In this document: positions 34,240 through 36,827 of the stretch, one piece after another
Layout: each line of letters opens with the position of its first letter
Position numbering within the stretch: position 1 is the first letter of the stretch
From: a virus
Taxonomy: Duplodnaviria; Caudoviricetes
DNA: 36,827 nt
Strand: one strand, 5' to 3'
Virus record (IMG/VR): IMGVR_UViG_3300025150_000028
Span: 1-36,827 of that record
The notes under the pieces: generated by a model
What the model saw: only the letters and a program-made list of their open reading frames with translations
Told to the model about the DNA's origin: nothing
The model's database searches: none
Program-made: the position numbers and the translations under genes

Positions 34240-35343
34240 CTATATTGTATCCGCTTCGAGAACGCTAATTGACGGGTTGAAATTTTTTGGAATAAAATCG
34301 CTTCTGCCAGTTTCTACTATTTCTCTCAATTTACTAATGATAACATCTTTATCTCTTTCGCCCTTCATCTTATCTACCTCGTTCTCTAAGTCTTTTAATA
34401 GGGAAGAAACCTCATTGTCGTCATAGAAATTAAGAAGCTTTACCTTTTTTATCATTCCTTTTATCTTATTAACTTGTTGATGGGTTACTTTTCCTGTTTT
34501 AGAATTTTTCCCCATAGATTGTAAAACAGAATCGCATAATTCTCCGACATACGATCTCATACTAATAACGGTTGACTCAAGAAAACTATCTATGAGTTCT
34601 TTTTTCCTCTGAATATATTCTTCTGATATCCTTCTCTTCGTCTGTTGATCTATTTGCGAATTAAACCTGTCCATTTCGGTCTGTCGCTTAATCTGTTCTG
34701 CTTTGGCTAAATTATCTTCAACTAACGAAGGCATCGGTATAATGAAATATGTTGTATTATACCTAAAGCTACTAACTATTTCTTCGCTAGGAGGTATTTT
34801 CTCAACAATCTTTTGCACAAAGTCTGATACAAATGATTGTGTTGGCTCTGACTTGTCTTGAGGATATAGCCTAGCCCATACGTCTTTAGCCATATTTTTA
34901 TATTCATCCCTAACTACAGACAAAATACTATCATATCGACTTCCTATTATTCTAGCCTGTTCGAACCAATCTTTTCGGATAATGTTGTTTTCCCGTTCCC
35001 ATTCATCAAACGCAGTAAATGGAACAAACTTGCCCCAAACCGTATCAAAACTATAATTGTCTAATAATAGTCTAGCTCTTCTTTCCAAGTTTTCAACATT
35101 TGTTATTTCAGTAGGAGGAAATAATTTATGCTCACCCAATTCCATATATTTCTTGTGAAAATTAAACGAATCTTCATCGACGAACTTCAATCCTAGCATT
35201 TCGGGAGTGAGTCTGGTTTTAGCTCTCCATCTAGATATAGACAATTTGACAATAACGCCCCTAGACATCAAAGCAAGAGCCCAATCAGAACGAACTTGCT
35301 CGACTTCAATAGGATTATTGTTTATAGAAATGGTTTCAGGCAT
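34240..35343 (-). CDS. Hypothetical helical protein (possibly DUF3150-like)
   Basis: 367-aa ORF; WRAKTRL..LG..LG..KL.P pattern. Confidence 0.65.
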   Translation of the reverse strand: MPETISINNNPIEVEQVRSDWALALMSRGVIVKLSISRWRAKTRLTPEMLGLKFVDEDSFNFHKKYMELGEHKLFPPTEITNVENLERRARLLLDNYSFDTVWGKFVPFTAFDEWERENNIIRKDWFEQARIIGSRYDSILSVVRDEYKNMAKDVWARLYPQDKSEPTQSFVSDFVQKIVEKIPPSEEIVSSFRYNTTYFIIPMPSLVEDNLAKAEQIKRQTEMDRFNSQIDQQTKRRISEEYIQRKKELIDSFLESTVISMRSYVGELCDSVLQSMGKNSKTGKVTHQQVNKIKGMIKKVKLLNFYDDNEVSSLLKDLENEVDKMKGERDKDVIISKLREIVETGRSDFIPKNFNPSISVLEADTI

Positions 35344-35344
35344 A

Positions 35345-36052
35345 TTAGACCGCCGTACAATTCTCTCTAAACATTTTTTCTAATCTCTTGGGACAAATTT
35401 GATTAACTGTAGCCATATCAGATTTTCCCGGAACTTTTCCATACTGTTTCAAAAAAGAATACATGAGCCTATCGTCATTATATTCGGTTGTTTCTCTATA
35501 AAGAACCGCCCCAGAAGACCCTAAGCGACGATGAAAAACCATACAATTATTATCTACCATTTCATAAGGAACTTTTCTTTTTGGACTATCACCTATGCTC
35601 TCAAATTCATCAATTCCAAAGCAAATTAACGGATCTCCTCCCCAAACTTTTCTTTTGCAATATGCCCAAGCCTTGCCTTCTACGGCTTTCATCATAGTCG
35701 CCAAATGATCGTCAGCAAACCAAACATCATCATCCATAAAAGTAATATATTCTGTTTTTGCCAACATTAAACCGACAGACCTTAACGATGACCCAAACGC
35801 CACTCCCTGAACAAATGAACCCGGGATAACTACGCTATATCTGCAACTTCCATTAGAACAAAAATTAAGATCGAATGGATTTTTGGTTCTCATCGTTTTT
35901 GGGTCTGGATAAAGAAAATCTTCATCTCTTTTGTCGTCCCACAAAAGTATGTGTTCATATGCAACGCCTTGATTATTTAGCGATTCTATTGCCTTAAATA
36001 AACTTTTCTTTCCAGTAGTAGGGGTTATAATTGTTATAGACTGATCGCTCAT
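35345..36052 (-). CDS. Glycosyltransferase family 2
   Basis: ITIITPT, YITFMDDDVW (DxD), DD near the C-terminus. Confidence 0.85.
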   Translation of the reverse strand: MSDQSITIITPTTGKKSLFKAIESLNNQGVAYEHILLWDDKRDEDFLYPDPKTMRTKNPFDLNFCSNGSCRYSVVIPGSFVQGVAFGSSLRSVGLMLAKTEYITFMDDDVWFADDHLATMMKAVEGKAWAYCKRKVWGGDPLICFGIDEFESIGDSPKRKVPYEMVDNNCMVFHRRLGSSGAVLYRETTEYNDDRLMYSFLKQYGKVPGKSDMATVNQICPKRLEKMFRENCTAV

Positions 36053-36199
36053 AATTATACCATATTTTCTCTAACATAATTTAATTGTTTAGAATTCAAA
36101 AACAAACGGATAAATTCAAATTTTGCACCCAGCACATTCTCAACATATCGTTTCTTATCAAAAATTCCTTCTTTTATTTAAAAATATTTTAGCCATTGT

Positions 36200-36827
36200 T
36201 TACGTTCCTTTTTGCAAATCGAAGCCCGGCTGAGGTAATTGTGGAATTTTATTAGGTAATCCGTTCTGATTAGGAATTTCCGTTTTAACAACATTAACAT
36301 CCCACATATTATAATCAGTCTTCCCAATATGCCTTAAAACAATGCTTGTATCAGCGTAAATCTTCCCCCCGATTCTCTTCCATCTCTCTGCAAATGACCA
36401 ATCTTCGGACAAATATTTTCTGAATGGCAATTTTATATTGGGAAAATCTCCATCTTTTAGATCGTAAAGCATGGGAATATACAATCCATGTATTTTCTTT
36501 CCAGAAGCATTATCGTCACCATCATAATCAAGTTCGGGATAAGCCAAAACCATTTTCTCAACCGCTGACCTTTTCAAACACCAGCATCCAGTTGATAACC
36601 ATCTCATTTCTATTAAACCGGTGTCAAAATCTGGATTTTGACCATCCATAGTAATAGAAGAGCTTCTCCTAACCCCCGGCTTTTTAATGGCATACAATCC
36701 GCCACAGAAATCTACGTCATGAGATAATAATTTCGTAAATATATTATTGTTTGGAAATGCATTTACTATTTCTATGTCAGAATCTAGCGACATAAAATAC
36801 TCACAATCCGGATAGTCATGTAAAAAA
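36200..36827 (-). CDS. GT-A fold glycosyltransferase-like protein, 5' truncated by the window edge
   Basis: SLDSDI, GGLYAIK, STGCWC, YLSEDWSFAERW..GG..AD..LRHIG. Confidence 0.75.
   Translation of the reverse strand, partial: FLHDYPDCEYFMSLDSDIEIVNAFPNNNIFTKLLSHDVDFCGGLYAIKKPGVRRSSSITMDGQNPDFDTGLIEMRWLSTGCWCLKRSAVEKMVLAYPELDYDGDDNASGKKIHGLYIPMLYDLKDGDFPNIKLPFRKYLSEDWSFAERWKRIGGKIYADTSIVLRHIGKTDYNMWDVNVVKTEIPNQNGLPNKIPQLPQPGFDLQKGT

Overview
AT-rich, almost entirely minus-strand segment that looks like a large (jumbo/huge) bacteriophage genome. This is inferred from about 27 CCA-encoding tRNA genes, free-standing HNH, GIY-YIG and PD-(D/E)XK endonucleases, many short hypothetical ORFs and auxiliary genes (NadE, macrodomain, Nudix, PRTase, Ro60/TROVE-like, DnaJ, ClpA-like, glycosyltransferases); no virion hallmark gene is visible. 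An intact IS200/IS605 element (tnpA+tnpB) and a group I intron in tRNA-Leu(TAA) are present. Two observations stand out. (1) The tRNA genes are sorted by amino acid into three operons (Gln/Asn; Arg/Met/Asp/Trp; Ser/Leu/Tyr/Cys). Each is headed by a sigma70-type promoter, a 24-27 aa leader ORF enriched in exactly those amino acids, and a mutually exclusive antiterminator/terminator pair, i.e. ribosome-mediated attenuators that would switch on tRNA supply when those codons stall. (2) A roughly 195-nt RNase P RNA at 12785-12980 appears minimal (almost no specificity domain) and circularly permuted (ends opened in P3, P1 lost). Also present are class I tRNAs with long variable arms, CCA-ended tRNA mimics, two Y-RNA-like hairpins before the Ro60-like gene and several unassigned structured RNAs. 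All RNA structures were paired by eye; no searches were run.
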